Source: Thermoplasmata archaeon
GTDB lineage: Archaea; Thermoplasmatota; Thermoplasmata; Sysuiplasmatales; Sysuiplasmataceae
DNA length: 38,704 nt
Direction of reading: 5' to 3'
Assembly (NCBI GenBank): GCA_021796895.1
Contig: JAKABN010000003.1
Coordinates: 1 to 38,704 of the forward strand
Both the position numbers and the translations under genes were made by a program. Position 1 is the first letter of the stretch. Each line of letters starts with the position of its first letter. Positions 10,161-19,631 of this stretch are shown piece by piece. The notes beneath the pieces were generated by a model, which was not told the origin of the DNA, searched no databases, and saw only the letters and a program-made list of their open reading frames with translations.

Positions 10161-10220
10161 CAGGACCGTGATTGATAAGCGAAATTGCGTACAAACCGCA
10201 TAAAATGAGAGTGTAAACTT

Positions 10221-11498
10221 ATGGCGAACAAACCACATCTTAACATTGTGTTCATCGGTCACGTCGACCACGGAAAGTCGACACTTGTAGGAAGGATGCT
10301 GTTCAACACCAAGAATGTAGACCCGTACCTTATCGAGAAGTACAAGAAGGAGGCGGAAGAGAAGGGAAAGGCGACCTTCGAATTTGCCTGGGTCATGGAC
10401 AGCCTGAAGGAAGAGAGGGAAAGGGGAGTTACGATTGACGTTTCACACAGGCGTTTCGACACTCAGAAATATTATTTCACAATCATCGACGCACCGGGTC
10501 ACAGGGATTTCGTAAAGAACATGATCACGGGCACGAGCCAGGCGGATGCCGCTGTCCTTGTGGTGGATGCGGGAAAGGGTCCGGAAGCTCAGACGAAAGA
10601 GCATGTATTTCTGGCCAGGACACTGGGCGTCACTCAGCTGATCGTTGCTGTAAACAAAATGGATTCTACTCAGCCGCCTTATTCACAGGAAGCATACGAG
10701 AAGACAAAGAAGGCAGTGACGGAACTGCTGAAGTCTGTGAGGTACAAGACAGAGGAAGTTCCTTTCATACCTGTGAGCGCCTACGGAGGCGACAACGCGA
10801 CAGAGCCGTCGCAGAACCTCGCATGGTGGAAGGGCGACACGCTACTCGGGACGCTTGACAAGCTGAAGGAGCCTCCAAAGGTAACAGACAAACCGCTCAG
10901 GCTGCCCGTTCAGGATGTCTACACCATTACAGGCATAGGAACTGTCCCCGTGGGCAGGGTTGAAACAGGCATTTTGAAGAAGGATATGAAGATTGTTTTC
11001 ATGCCCTCCGACAAGACAGGAGAAGTCAAATCGATTGAGATGCATCACGAAACGATGGATGCGGCGTACCCCGGAGACAACGTCGGCTTTAACGTCAGGG
11101 GGCTCGCAAAGACGGACATAAAGAGAGGGGATGTTGCCGGCCCGGTCGATTCGATACCCACAGTTGCCAAGTCGTTTGTGGCACAGATAGCCGTTCTTAA
11201 CCATCCGAGCGTCATAACGGTCGGATACACGCCGGTGTTCCACTGCCACACTTCGCAGATTGCGTGCACATTCACAGAGCTGCAGAAGAAGATAGATCCG
11301 GGGACGGGCGGTGTCAAGGAGGACAAGCCGCAGTTCCTGAAGACAGGGGATGTTGCTTTCGTAAGAATCGAGCCCACAAAGCCGATGGTCATCGAGAAGG
11401 CGTCCGACTTCCCGCAGCTCGGAAGATTTGCAATCAGGGACATGGGACAGACAGTGGCCGCCGGCGTCTGCGTCGATGTCGAAAAGAGAACCCTGTGA
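10221..11498 (+). CDS. tuf: Translation elongation factor aEF-1alpha
   Basis: [30 protein letters not shown] and [14 protein letters not shown]. Confidence 0.98.
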   Translation: MANKPHLNIVFIGHVDHGKSTLVGRMLFNTKNVDPYLIEKYKKEAEEKGKATFEFAWVMDSLKEERERGVTIDVSHRRFDTQKYYFTIIDAPGHRDFVKNMITGTSQADAAVLVVDAGKGPEAQTKEHVFLARTLGVTQLIVAVNKMDSTQPPYSQEAYEKTKKAVTELLKSVRYKTEEVPFIPVSAYGGDNATEPSQNLAWWKGDTLLGTLDKLKEPPKVTDKPLRLPVQDVYTITGIGTVPVGRVETGILKKDMKIVFMPSDKTGEVKSIEMHHETMDAAYPGDNVGFNVRGLAKTDIKRGDVAGPVDSIPTVAKSFVAQIAVLNHPSVITVGYTPVFHCHTSQIACTFTELQKKIDPGTGGVKEDKPQFLKTGDVAFVRIEPTKPMVIEKASDFPQLGRFAIRDMGQTVAAGVCVDVEKRTL

Positions 11499-11510
11499 GC
11501 TGATTGTGGA

Positions 11511-11825
11511 ATGGCGCAGAGGGCTAGAATCTCACTGAGCGGCACTGATCCCGCGAAAATCGAGACCGTCTGCAGCCAGATAAAGCAGATTGCGAGCAAG
11601 ACCGGCGTCAGAATGAGCGGGCCGGTTCCGCTGCCCACAAAGCACATGGTGGTGCCGGTCAGGAAGAGTCCGGACGGCGAAGGCAGCGCCACCTGGGACA
11701 GATGGGAGATGCGAATTCACAAACGCATGATAGACATGGACGCCGACGACGACAGGGCGCTGAGACAGCTGATGAGAATACAGGTGCCCGACGGTGTCAA
11801 CATAGAAATCGTTCTGAGGAGCTGA
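11511..11825 (+). CDS. rps10: 30S ribosomal protein uS10
   Basis: SGPVPLPT and [22 protein letters not shown]. Confidence 0.97.
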   Translation: MAQRARISLSGTDPAKIETVCSQIKQIASKTGVRMSGPVPLPTKHMVVPVRKSPDGEGSATWDRWEMRIHKRMIDMDADDDRALRQLMRIQVPDGVNIEIVLRS

Positions 11826-11905
11826 ATAACGATTCAGGCTGGCACAAGAACTTTGAATAACAGTTATCACATTATGTCTCTCCTGCAAGCCAGTGGTGAA
11901 GACAA

Positions 11906-12826
11906 TTGAAGGCGTACGTTAAAGTTTCGGCACCCACGACGGTTGCCAATTTTGGACCCGGATTCGACACATTTGGCCTTGCACTGCGCGAGCCGAGAGA
12001 CATAATCGAGATTACGACTGACGTCTATGAGACTGAAATTGAGACTGTTCCAGACTATTCCATACCCACCAAGAAGAATGCCGCTTTCGCCGCGGCCAAT
12101 TCGATTGCATGGAAGAACAGAGTCAACGCTCCGTTTCACATGAAAATCACCAAGGGAACGAGACCCGGGAGCGGCATCGGCAGCAGCGCTGCTTCGTCAG
12201 TTGGAGCGGCACTCGCGATGGCGGTCGCCATGGATTTCGAGGCAAAGAACGAAGATCTGATACAGGCTTCCTCGCTCGGGGAGAAGATGGCGTCCGGCAC
12301 GCCGCACATAGACAATGTGACGGCGGCTCTGCTCGGCGGATTCACGATTGTCTCGTCGCGAAACCCGATCGAAGTCATAAGCGTGCCACCGGAGAAGTTG
12401 CCGAAATTCGACATTGTGGTGACACTTCCTGATGTCGTCATAGAGACACGCAAGTCACGCGGTATCCTGCCGAAAAATGTCCCTCTGACAAGCGCGGTGG
12501 AGAATATTTCATACTGCTCCACGATTGTCCATGCCATGATGAGCAATGATATCGAACGGGTGGGCAGATTCCTGACAGATGAAATCGTGCTGCCCTACAG
12601 AAAGCAGCTCATGCCATGGTTCGACAGGGTGAAGAAGGCGGCCATTGACGCGGGAGCTCTCGGTTTTTCAGTGAGCGGGGCGGGACCGGCCGTCTTCGCA
12701 ATTTGCAGGGGGAATCAGAAGGATGTTGCCGGCGCCACGGAGGATGCATTCAAGTCTGCAGGCATGAAATCGCAGTCATTCATCACCGCCCCGGGAAAGG
12801 GTGCAGAGGTGCTGGCCGTAAAGTGA
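11906..12826 (+). CDS. thrB: Homoserine kinase (GHMP family)
   Basis: APTTVANFGPGFD, PGSGIGSSAAS, HIDNV and SGAGP. Confidence 0.93.
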   Translation: MKAYVKVSAPTTVANFGPGFDTFGLALREPRDIIEITTDVYETEIETVPDYSIPTKKNAAFAAANSIAWKNRVNAPFHMKITKGTRPGSGIGSSAASSVGAALAMAVAMDFEAKNEDLIQASSLGEKMASGTPHIDNVTAALLGGFTIVSSRNPIEVISVPPEKLPKFDIVVTLPDVVIETRKSRGILPKNVPLTSAVENISYCSTIVHAMMSNDIERVGRFLTDEIVLPYRKQLMPWFDRVKKAAIDAGALGFSVSGAGPAVFAICRGNQKDVAGATEDAFKSAGMKSQSFITAPGKGAEVLAVK

Positions 12827-12844
12827 TATGCGCAGACCAGCCTC

Positions 12845-12861
12845 GAAAAGTGTTTTAATAC
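12845..12861 (+). promoter_or_regulatory. BRE/TATA promoter of tRNA-Ser
   Basis: GAAAAG-TGTTTTAATAC; the TATA core starts about 30 nt before the tRNA. Confidence 0.6.
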
Positions 12862-12883
12862 ATTTCCATCATCAACCACTCGG

Positions 12884-12979
12884 GCGAGGATGGCCCAGCC
12901 CGGTAAGGCGATGGATTGCTAAGCGACGCAAATATCCATTGTCCGTAAGGACTCGGGGGTTCAAATCCCCCTCCTCGCG
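12884..12979 (+). tRNA. tRNA-Ser(GCT) with a 12-nt intron at 37/38 (12922-12933)
   Basis: Acceptor GCGAGGA/TCCTCGC, discriminator G, anticodon arm ATGGA-TT-GCT-A[intron]A-TCCAT, variable arm GTCC-GTAA-GGAC, T arm GGGGG-TTCAAAT-CCCCC. BHB central helix TTGC/GCAA. Confidence 0.93.
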
Positions 12980-13042
12980 CCTGGGACGATGCCCGGGAAA
13001 GAGACGAAAACAGTATTTAGAAAGGCGGCCCTTGCACGGGGC

Positions 13043-14323
13043 GTGAAGGCATACGTCGAATCGCACGGCTGCACCATGAATTACGGCGAGGGCAGGGCGG
13101 CCGAATCGAGACTGCGCTCGGGCGGCGTGGAAATATGCCACGACCCGGAAGACGCCGATGTGCTGCTGCTCAACACGTGCGCAGTCATAGAGTTCACAGA
13201 GAACGCAATGCTGAGAAGGCTGAGAGAGTTGCATTCCCTGGGAAAGAGGGTCGTCGTGACGGGGTGCATGGCACCCGTCAGAAAGGAGAGCATACTCTCT
13301 GCCGCACCCGGCGCTTTTGTATACTCACCGGGCGATCACGAAATGCTCGATGCCCTTCTGGGCCTGAACATCGACGCCGACATGGACTGCTGGAACAGTC
13401 CAGGCAGGAATGATGTGATCATACCTATTGCCCAGGGCTGCCTGTCCAGATGCACGTACTGCTTCAGCAGAATTGCCAGACCGAAGCTCAGGAGTGTGGA
13501 TCCGGAGAGGGTCCTGGGCGAGGTGAGGAGGAGTCTCGGTAGGGGTGGGGTAAGGGAAATACTCCTGTCGGGCATGGATGCCATAACATACGGCAGGGAC
13601 CGCGGCACGACGCTGCCTGCTCTGTTGAAGGACATATGCTCAATCGAAGGAGAGTTCATGGTCAGAGTGGGCATGATGAACCCCTCGCTCATGATGCCGC
13701 TCATAGACGAGTTGCTCGACGCTTACGGCAGCGAAAAGGTGTACAAGTTCTTCCACATACCTTTCCAGAGCGGTTCCGACCGCATCCTCAGGATGATGAA
13801 GAGGGGCAATACGGCCGAACAGTTTCTGGACATTGTCCGCAGGATAAGGCGCAGGTATCCGGACATGACGCTCTCCACAGATCTTATCGTCGGATTCCCG
13901 GGCGAAACCGAGGATGATTTTCGCAGGAGTCTGGAAGTCATCGTGGAAACGCAGCCGGATATAGTGAACGTGACGCGTTTTTCGGCCAGGGAGGGAACGC
14001 CGGCTGCCGGAATGACCTGCAAAATACCGGGGTGGAAGGCGAAGGAATGGTCGCGAAGGGCAACGGAACTCAGGTTCCGAATATCCTCAGAAAAGAACGG
14101 CGAGTTTGCCGGAAGGGAGATGAAGATACTCATAACGGAGAATGGCAAGAACGGAAGCATGATAGGCCGCACAGACAGCTACAGACAGGCTGTTGTGCCC
14201 GGCACACACGCCATAGGCGAACGCATCCTGTGCCGTGTTGTTTCGTCCACGCCCATACATCTTGTCTGCGAGCCGCTCGCGGCGCATGGCGCCCTTGGAC
14301 AGACGCTGGCAGCTGTTCAGTGA
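13043..14323 (+). CDS. Archaeal MtaB-type tRNA t6A37 methylthiotransferase (radical SAM)
   Basis: ESHGCTMN, NTCAV, VTGCM, CxxxCxxC (CLSRCTYC), PFQSGS, IVGFPGET and a C-terminal TRAM-like region. GTG 13043 preferred as start because of a TATA-like TATTTA upstream; ATG 12989 is the alternative. Confidence 0.9.
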   Translation: MKAYVESHGCTMNYGEGRAAESRLRSGGVEICHDPEDADVLLLNTCAVIEFTENAMLRRLRELHSLGKRVVVTGCMAPVRKESILSAAPGAFVYSPGDHEMLDALLGLNIDADMDCWNSPGRNDVIIPIAQGCLSRCTYCFSRIARPKLRSVDPERVLGEVRRSLGRGGVREILLSGMDAITYGRDRGTTLPALLKDICSIEGEFMVRVGMMNPSLMMPLIDELLDAYGSEKVYKFFHIPFQSGSDRILRMMKRGNTAEQFLDIVRRIRRRYPDMTLSTDLIVGFPGETEDDFRRSLEVIVETQPDIVNVTRFSAREGTPAAGMTCKIPGWKAKEWSRRATELRFRISSEKNGEFAGREMKILITENGKNGSMIGRTDSYRQAVVPGTHAIGERILCRVVSSTPIHLVCEPLAAHGALGQTLAAVQ

Positions 14324-14332
14324 AATCTTTAA

Positions 14333-14398
14333 AAAGAAGCGGCAGGCTTCGGCGCTGAAGCAGGAAGCCCACATCTTTTAAGGGTGGGAGTATGTCAC
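14333..14398 (+). mobile_element. Orphan IS200/IS605-family right-end remnant (TnpB omegaRNA 3'-like)
   Basis: GAAG, then hairpin CCCAC...GTGGG, then terminal TCAC. One frame reads LKQEAHIF*, resembling TnpB C-termini. Preceded by TTTAA. Left boundary uncertain. Confidence 0.65.
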
Positions 14399-14422
14399 GA
14401 CATCATAACATCACCCATATAC

Positions 14423-14495
14423 AGCCCCGTGGTGTAGTGGACAATCATGCTGGCCTTTGGAGCCGGCGACGGCAGTTCGAATCTGCCCGGGGCTA
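14423..14495 (+). tRNA. tRNA-Gln(TTG)
   Basis: Acceptor AGCCCCG/CGGGGCT, anticodon arm CTGGC-CT-TTG-GA-GCCGG, T arm GGCAG-TTCGAAT-CTGCC, discriminator A. Confidence 0.95.
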
Positions 14496-14501
14496 TTCCG
14501 G

Positions 14502-14702
14502 TCATCGCCCGCTGCGCCGTTCCGCAAGCCATTTGCGCACGGCTGCATAGACGAAGACCGGCATTACTATCCAGAATACGGATGTGTAGAACAGCAGAGG
14601 CACATAACCCAGACCCGTGAGATAAACATTCAGCGCAATTACCGCCGCAGCATACGGCACAATTATCAGAACGGTCTTGCGGTTAATCCTGTCTGTACGC
14701 AT
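14502..14702 (-). CDS. Small two-TM membrane protein, unknown function
   Basis: 66 aa with two hydrophobic helices and basic termini; ATG lies 3 nt after the map stop. Confidence 0.6.
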   Translation of the reverse strand: MRTDRINRKTVLIIVPYAAAVIALNVYLTGLGYVPLLFYTSVFWIVMPVFVYAAVRKWLAERRSGR

Positions 14703-14705
14703 CGC

Positions 14706-15605
14706 TCACATGCTCGAGGCGATTACACCGTCTCTGCCCACTATAATTGTATGCTCCCACTGGCTGACCTGGCCGCCGCCTGCCTCGAGGAGCGTCTGAT
14801 AGGCGTGAATGACGCCTCGCCTTGCGAGCCTGTTCAATATCTCGCGGTGTCTGTGCTGATCGGAGAGCCATCGCTCCGCAAACGGCAGCGTGCTGAAGCG
14901 CTCCCTGATTACACTGAGCATCGAGAGCGATTCCTCGTCGTCCAGTTCCTTCTCCCTTGAGAGGGAGAAAATGTTACCGTTTCTTCCGGAGACCACGAAG
15001 CCCTTACCCCCTGTCGCGAACGGTTCAACGGCAATGACTATCTCCCGGGGAATCGTGACGTCTGCGGTGCTGCCGGTATTCGGGACGTTGAAGCCGGCAT
15101 GCAGATTGTAACGTTCTATGCTGTGGCCCATCAGGTTTGTTACGGGCCTGTAGCCGATTGATGTTATAGTCTTCTCAATCGTGCTGCCGATGAGCCTGAT
15201 GGATGCGCCGGGTTTTATCAGCGGGATGACTTCTTCCAGCGCCTTCCTTGCAGAGCCGATGAGGGCCTGGTTATTACCTCCAAGATCACCGGTTGCGGCG
15301 GTGTCGGCAACATAGCCGTCGACATGGACGCCGACGTCAAACTTCACCACTCCTTTTGAAGGGAATCGTTCCGAACTCCCGGACGGGGGGGTATAATGTG
15401 CAGCCACGCTGTCTATGCCTATGTTGACCGGAAACGCAGGTTTTCCGCCCCTCCTGATTATGAGTTCCTCGACTTCCTCGACGACATCCAGCATGATCGC
15501 TCCCGGCTGAGAGAGCTGTATACCTCTTTCCCTGGCCTCTCTGGCGATGCTGCCGGCCAGCAGGAGTTTATCGAGATCCTCGCGAATCGTCCGCAACACC
15601 CTCAT
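14706..15605 (-). CDS. map: Methionine aminopeptidase type II
   Basis: AFPVN, AAHYTP, DVGVHVDGYVADTA, GHSI, AVEPFAT and QWEHT. Confidence 0.95.
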   Translation of the reverse strand: MRVLRTIREDLDKLLLAGSIAREARERGIQLSQPGAIMLDVVEEVEELIIRRGGKPAFPVNIGIDSVAAHYTPPSGSSERFPSKGVVKFDVGVHVDGYVADTAATGDLGGNNQALIGSARKALEEVIPLIKPGASIRLIGSTIEKTITSIGYRPVTNLMGHSIERYNLHAGFNVPNTGSTADVTIPREIVIAVEPFATGGKGFVVSGRNGNIFSLSREKELDDEESLSMLSVIRERFSTLPFAERWLSDQHRHREILNRLARRGVIHAYQTLLEAGGGQVSQWEHTIIVGRDGVIASSM

Positions 15606-16249
15606 CAGACCGAGGCAAGAAAGTTCTCTATTTTCCTGCTCTCGATCGGACCCTCTCTTACGACCCTGATGTCGTCGTCAGTCGCATCCACAATCGTGGA
15701 CTGTGTGCCGTATCTTGTCTTTCCGCTGTCAAGATAAATGGAAACTTTGTTCCCGAAATCCCTGACGCAGCCGTCAATGGTCACGGCATTCTTCTTCGAA
15801 TGAATGTTGGCGCTTGCGGATGTGATGGGGCCGAATTCCTCCAGTATCTTCAGAGTGAGGGGGAAGGCTGGTATGCGTATTCCGACGGTTCTGCTTCCCG
15901 CGGTAAGCAGATCCGGCACATCCTCCCTCTTGTCCACGAGCACTATGAGCGGCCCGGGCGTGAACTCATCTATAAGCCGCCTGGCAGTCTTGTTTATAAA
16001 CCCCACAGCAGAAGCGGCCCTGGCGTTCTGGACGCAGACAGAGATCGGCATGTCAAATGGCCTCTTCTTGAGCATGAAGACTTTCTTGATGGCCTGCTCA
16101 TCATATATGTCGGTGCCGAGACAGTATATTGTGTCTGAAGGATATGCTATGATTTCTCCACGCTTCAGAGCATCAACTACCTCAGCGAGCACGGCTGGCG
16201 GCATACTGCCGTCAGATTTACTGTATCCTCTGCAGTCTATTTTTTTCAA
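15605..16249 (-). CDS. L-threonylcarbamoyladenylate synthase (single YrdC domain, TsaC/Sua5 family)
   Basis: YPSDTIYCLG, KKRP, PGPL, VGIRIP, SASAN and STIVD. TGATG overlap with map. Confidence 0.9.
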   Translation of the reverse strand: MKKIDCRGYSKSDGSMPPAVLAEVVDALKRGEIIAYPSDTIYCLGTDIYDEQAIKKVFMLKKRPFDMPISVCVQNARAASAVGFINKTARRLIDEFTPGPLIVLVDKREDVPDLLTAGSRTVGIRIPAFPLTLKILEEFGPITSASANIHSKKNAVTIDGCVRDFGNKVSIYLDSGKTRYGTQSTIVDATDDDIRVVREGPIESRKIENFLASV

Positions 16250-16528
16250 TTGCTTCTCTCCCCTGATTCGCGTCTGCGGATGTTGCCTTAGGTACTCTGG
16301 TTATTTACTTTTGCCCCTGAGTGCAGGTGATTGTGCGAAACTGTGACGTGTACTGTCTCTTCCCGCAATTCATGCGACATGGCAGATGCACGTCTTTGTG
16401 TTAGGTTAATATGCATAATCCCTTTTCACCCTTACAGTCAGGCAAAAAAAACGGCGACTCCGATTTTACGCGGGCGCCAAACTGCATGAATCAAACCGAA
16501 GAATTAATTGAGTTGGCAGGTGTATATC

Positions 16529-17629
16529 TTGAAACTGTTCGAATACAGGGCCAAACAGCTGATGGCCGAGTACGGCATTCCGGTACCGAGAGGTGCGGTC
16601 GCATCCCGTCCGGAGGAGATTGCGTCAATCGATTACCCTGTTGCCGTCAAGGCACAGGTGCTCGCCGGCGGCAGAGGAAAGGCAGGCGGCATCAAGTTCG
16701 CCGACAACGTCGCGGAAGCCAGGAGCAGAGCGGCCGAGATCATTGGCATGACAATAAAGGGAGAGAAGACGAAAAGCGTCCTGCTCGAAGAGAGGCTGGA
16801 CGTCGCAAGGGAACTTTATCTGAGTCTCACGATAGACAGGGGGAGCCGATCAATTGTGCTGATGGCGAGCGGAGATGGCGGCGTCGAGATTGAGAGTGTG
16901 CCGGAAGAAAGGATACTCATCGTTTCCGTTCCGCTTTTCGGTTATTCGCCTTTCCTCACAAAGCTCCTGAAGAGCAGGATGGGGACGGACGCGGCGGTCA
17001 CTCAGCAGCTCGAGGATCTTGCGCTGAAACTTTACAAACTGTTCATTTCGGAAGACTGCGAGCTGGCAGAAATAAACCCACTGGTAATAACGCGGGACGG
17101 AAGGCTCATTGCGGCGGACGCGAAGATTACAATCAATGATGACGCCCTCTTCAGGCACGCGGAGTTCTCCCGGGATGCCGATGATCTGACGCCGCTCGAA
17201 CAGCGTGCAAAGGCGGAAGATATTGCATTCGTCCAGCTGGAGGGGAACATAGGCGTCATAGCCAACGGTGCGGGCCTGACAATGGCCACGCTCGACATAC
17301 TCACCATAAACGGAGGCAGGGCCGGTGTCTTTCTCGATCTGGGCGGAACGGATGATCCGGAGAAGGTCACTGCGGCATTCAATCTGATGAAGGATGCGAA
17401 ACCGGCGGTGATATTCCTCAACATCTTCGGCGGCATAACGAAATGCGACACGGTGGCCCTGGGAGTGAAGGCAGCCGTGCAGGAGAGTAGCATAAAGATT
17501 CCAATTGTTGCCAGGATAAGAGGCGTTAATGACGACCTGGCGCGGGACATATTGAAGGACATTGGCATCGAGGCAACATCCGACCTGATAAGCGCCGCAA
17601 AGAAGGCAGTCGCTGCGGGGGGCAACTGA
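16529..17629 (+). CDS. sucC: Succinyl-CoA synthetase beta subunit
   Basis: Start moved to TTG 16529 (MKLFEYRAK), after AGGTG. KAQVLAGGRGKAGG, EINPL, NGAGLTMATLD and NIFGGITKCD. Confidence 0.93.
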   Translation: MKLFEYRAKQLMAEYGIPVPRGAVASRPEEIASIDYPVAVKAQVLAGGRGKAGGIKFADNVAEARSRAAEIIGMTIKGEKTKSVLLEERLDVARELYLSLTIDRGSRSIVLMASGDGGVEIESVPEERILIVSVPLFGYSPFLTKLLKSRMGTDAAVTQQLEDLALKLYKLFISEDCELAEINPLVITRDGRLIAADAKITINDDALFRHAEFSRDADDLTPLEQRAKAEDIAFVQLEGNIGVIANGAGLTMATLDILTINGGRAGVFLDLGGTDDPEKVTAAFNLMKDAKPAVIFLNIFGGITKCDTVALGVKAAVQESSIKIPIVARIRGVNDDLARDILKDIGIEATSDLISAAKKAVAAGGN

Positions 17630-18496
17630 ATGGCAGTGCTGGTTGACGGCGGAACGAAGGTGATTGTCCAGGGGATTACGGGCCACCAGGGCCAGTTTCA
17701 TGCCAGGTCGATGAGAGAGTTCGGAACCCGTGTCGTCGGCGGAGTCACTCCTGGAAAGGGAGGAAGCGCGGTCGATGGTATTCCTGTTTTCGACACCGTC
17801 CTCGATGCTGTCTCTTCCACTGGAGCAAACGCGACGTGCATATTTGTCCCGGCGAGGTTTGCGAAGGATGCTGTGTTTGAGGCAGTGAGTGCGGGACTGA
17901 AACTGATTGTCGTGATCACGGAGCACATACCGTTCCTTGACGCGATGCAGTTCACGACATATGCAAAACTCAACGGAGCCACGGTAATTGGTCCCAACTG
18001 TCCCGGCGTCTCCTCACCGGGATACGGAAAGATCGGCATAATGCCCTCGAAGATATTTGCCCGGGGAGACGTGGGTGTGATATCAAGGAGCGGCACACTG
18101 ACGTACGAGATTGTCAACGCGCTGACTGAAAGCGGATTCGGCGAAACGACATGCGTGGGCATCGGCGGCGACCCGATCATCGGCTCGAACTTTGTCGAAA
18201 TATTGTCCCTGCTCGAAGCCGATGCCGAAACAAAGAGAATTGTCATGGTGGGAGAAATAGGAGGAACGGCGGAGGAGGAGGCTGCGACATTCATAAGCAG
18301 ACATGTCTCCAAGCCCGTATACGCATACATAGCGGGCAGGAGCGCTCCGCCGGGAAAAAGAATGGGACATGCCGGCGCCATAATCAACAGGGGAAAGGGA
18401 ACGGCAGAAAGCAAGATAGAGAGTCTGGAGAAGGCGGGAGTGAAGGTTGCCGTTCTCCCCACCGACGTACCCGGACTGATGAAGAAAGGAAGATGA
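17630..18496 (+). CDS. sucD: Succinyl-CoA synthetase alpha subunit
   Basis: [28 protein letters not shown] and RMGHAGA (phospho-His). Confidence 0.95.
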   Translation: MAVLVDGGTKVIVQGITGHQGQFHARSMREFGTRVVGGVTPGKGGSAVDGIPVFDTVLDAVSSTGANATCIFVPARFAKDAVFEAVSAGLKLIVVITEHIPFLDAMQFTTYAKLNGATVIGPNCPGVSSPGYGKIGIMPSKIFARGDVGVISRSGTLTYEIVNALTESGFGETTCVGIGGDPIIGSNFVEILSLLEADAETKRIVMVGEIGGTAEEEAATFISRHVSKPVYAYIAGRSAPPGKRMGHAGAIINRGKGTAESKIESLEKAGVKVAVLPTDVPGLMKKGR

Positions 18497-18516
18497 CCAT
18501 CAAGCGCAGGGCCTGA

Positions 18517-19458
18517 TCAGTTCGGACTGCTTTCCTTTCTGAGTTCTGCCACGGTCCTCATTATGACCCTGAGCACTTCGCTCCTGACAGGCTCCTCGAC
18601 CTGCGTCCTTGCCGTGACATCCACCGAGATGACATAGGACTGAAAAGTCGTCTCGTTGACCAGCACGACGGGTTCGGTGTCACTGGCCACATATGCAATC
18701 TTCGATACCGCTTCCCTGATTCGCGGTATAACGACGTCGGGATCGAGCGCCTTCTCTATTTCAAACTTTGACCTCACCCGCAGCATGCGGATTTCCGAAT
18801 TCTTGATCATGAGTGCCTGGACGACCATGCCTGCCGGTATTACCACCGGTCTTCCATCATCCATTGTCAGTTTGACATAAAGGAAGCCGATCGAGTCGAC
18901 TGTGCATGTGTATCCGCTGACGAGAAAGTCGCTGGAATAGAATTTGGGAGGATATGCGGGGGCAATAATGCCGAACTGCCACGTTGCAAGAGTGATTCTG
19001 TCTCCTGACTTGATGGGTTTGGAGAGCACGAGCACAAGGCCGCCGAAGAAGTTTGAAAGCACGACAGTTGCTGCCTGTCCTAGAACGAGACCCGCAAACG
19101 CGCCGCCTACAAGAAGTCCCGTGAGGCTGAGGCCCATTTCGTGGAAGACTACGAATGCCAGAAGCATGTAGGCTACGAGCAGGAAAAGATAGTGAATGCT
19201 CACTGCTCTGCCTCTGCCTATCTTTGCAGCGAGAAACCTCACAAGCATTCTGCCCAGAATTGTTATGAATGAGTAGCCTGCGGCGAGTATTACAATCGAT
19301 GTCGCAACAGGAACAGCGCCTGCAGGCAGGCTGCTGTGATATTTTGCAATCGCGTAGTCTATGCCGTATACTATTCCTCCGACGATGAACACCAGTACCA
19401 CAATCGACTCTATGATCCTGAGTTTACCGCCGTTTTCCTTCGTCTCTTTCCCGCTCAT
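18517..19458 (-). CDS. Small-conductance mechanosensitive channel (MscS family)
   Basis: N-terminal TMs, Gly/Ala-rich pore helix GGAFAGLVLGQAA, SNFFGG, KPIKSGDRI and DDGRPVVIP. Confidence 0.88.
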   Translation of the reverse strand: MSGKETKENGGKLRIIESIVVLVFIVGGIVYGIDYAIAKYHSSLPAGAVPVATSIVILAAGYSFITILGRMLVRFLAAKIGRGRAVSIHYLFLLVAYMLLAFVVFHEMGLSLTGLLVGGAFAGLVLGQAATVVLSNFFGGLVLVLSKPIKSGDRITLATWQFGIIAPAYPPKFYSSDFLVSGYTCTVDSIGFLYVKLTMDDGRPVVIPAGMVVQALMIKNSEIRMLRVRSKFEIEKALDPDVVIPRIREAVSKIAYVASDTEPVVLVNETTFQSYVISVDVTARTQVEEPVRSEVLRVIMRTVAELRKESSPN

Positions 19459-19588
19459 GCATCATACCAGCATTCTTACAGGCAACGCTCCTGCTTGCCC
19501 TAATTTTCCGTTGGTTATAACGCTTATTGATTCGCATCAGCCGTAAACGGTGGGACGGCTCATCCGTGCTAAGCGTGGATCCAGGCGG

Positions 19589-19605
19589 AATAAAAATAAG
19601 GAAAA
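19589..19605 (-). terminator. Putative oligo-T terminator after the ABC binding protein gene
   Basis: Minus strand reads TTTTCCTTATTTTTATT about 27 nt after the stop. Confidence 0.45.
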
Positions 19606-19631
19606 GGTTTGTACCGTCAGGAGACGATAGT

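Noticed and set aside
11739-11756. Extra Asp (GAC triplet run) in uS10, DADDDRAL
   Set aside because: At most a single-residue indel, with no evidence of functional significance.
12828-13046. 72-aa ORF after thrB
   Set aside because: It coincides with tRNA-Ser and its promoter.
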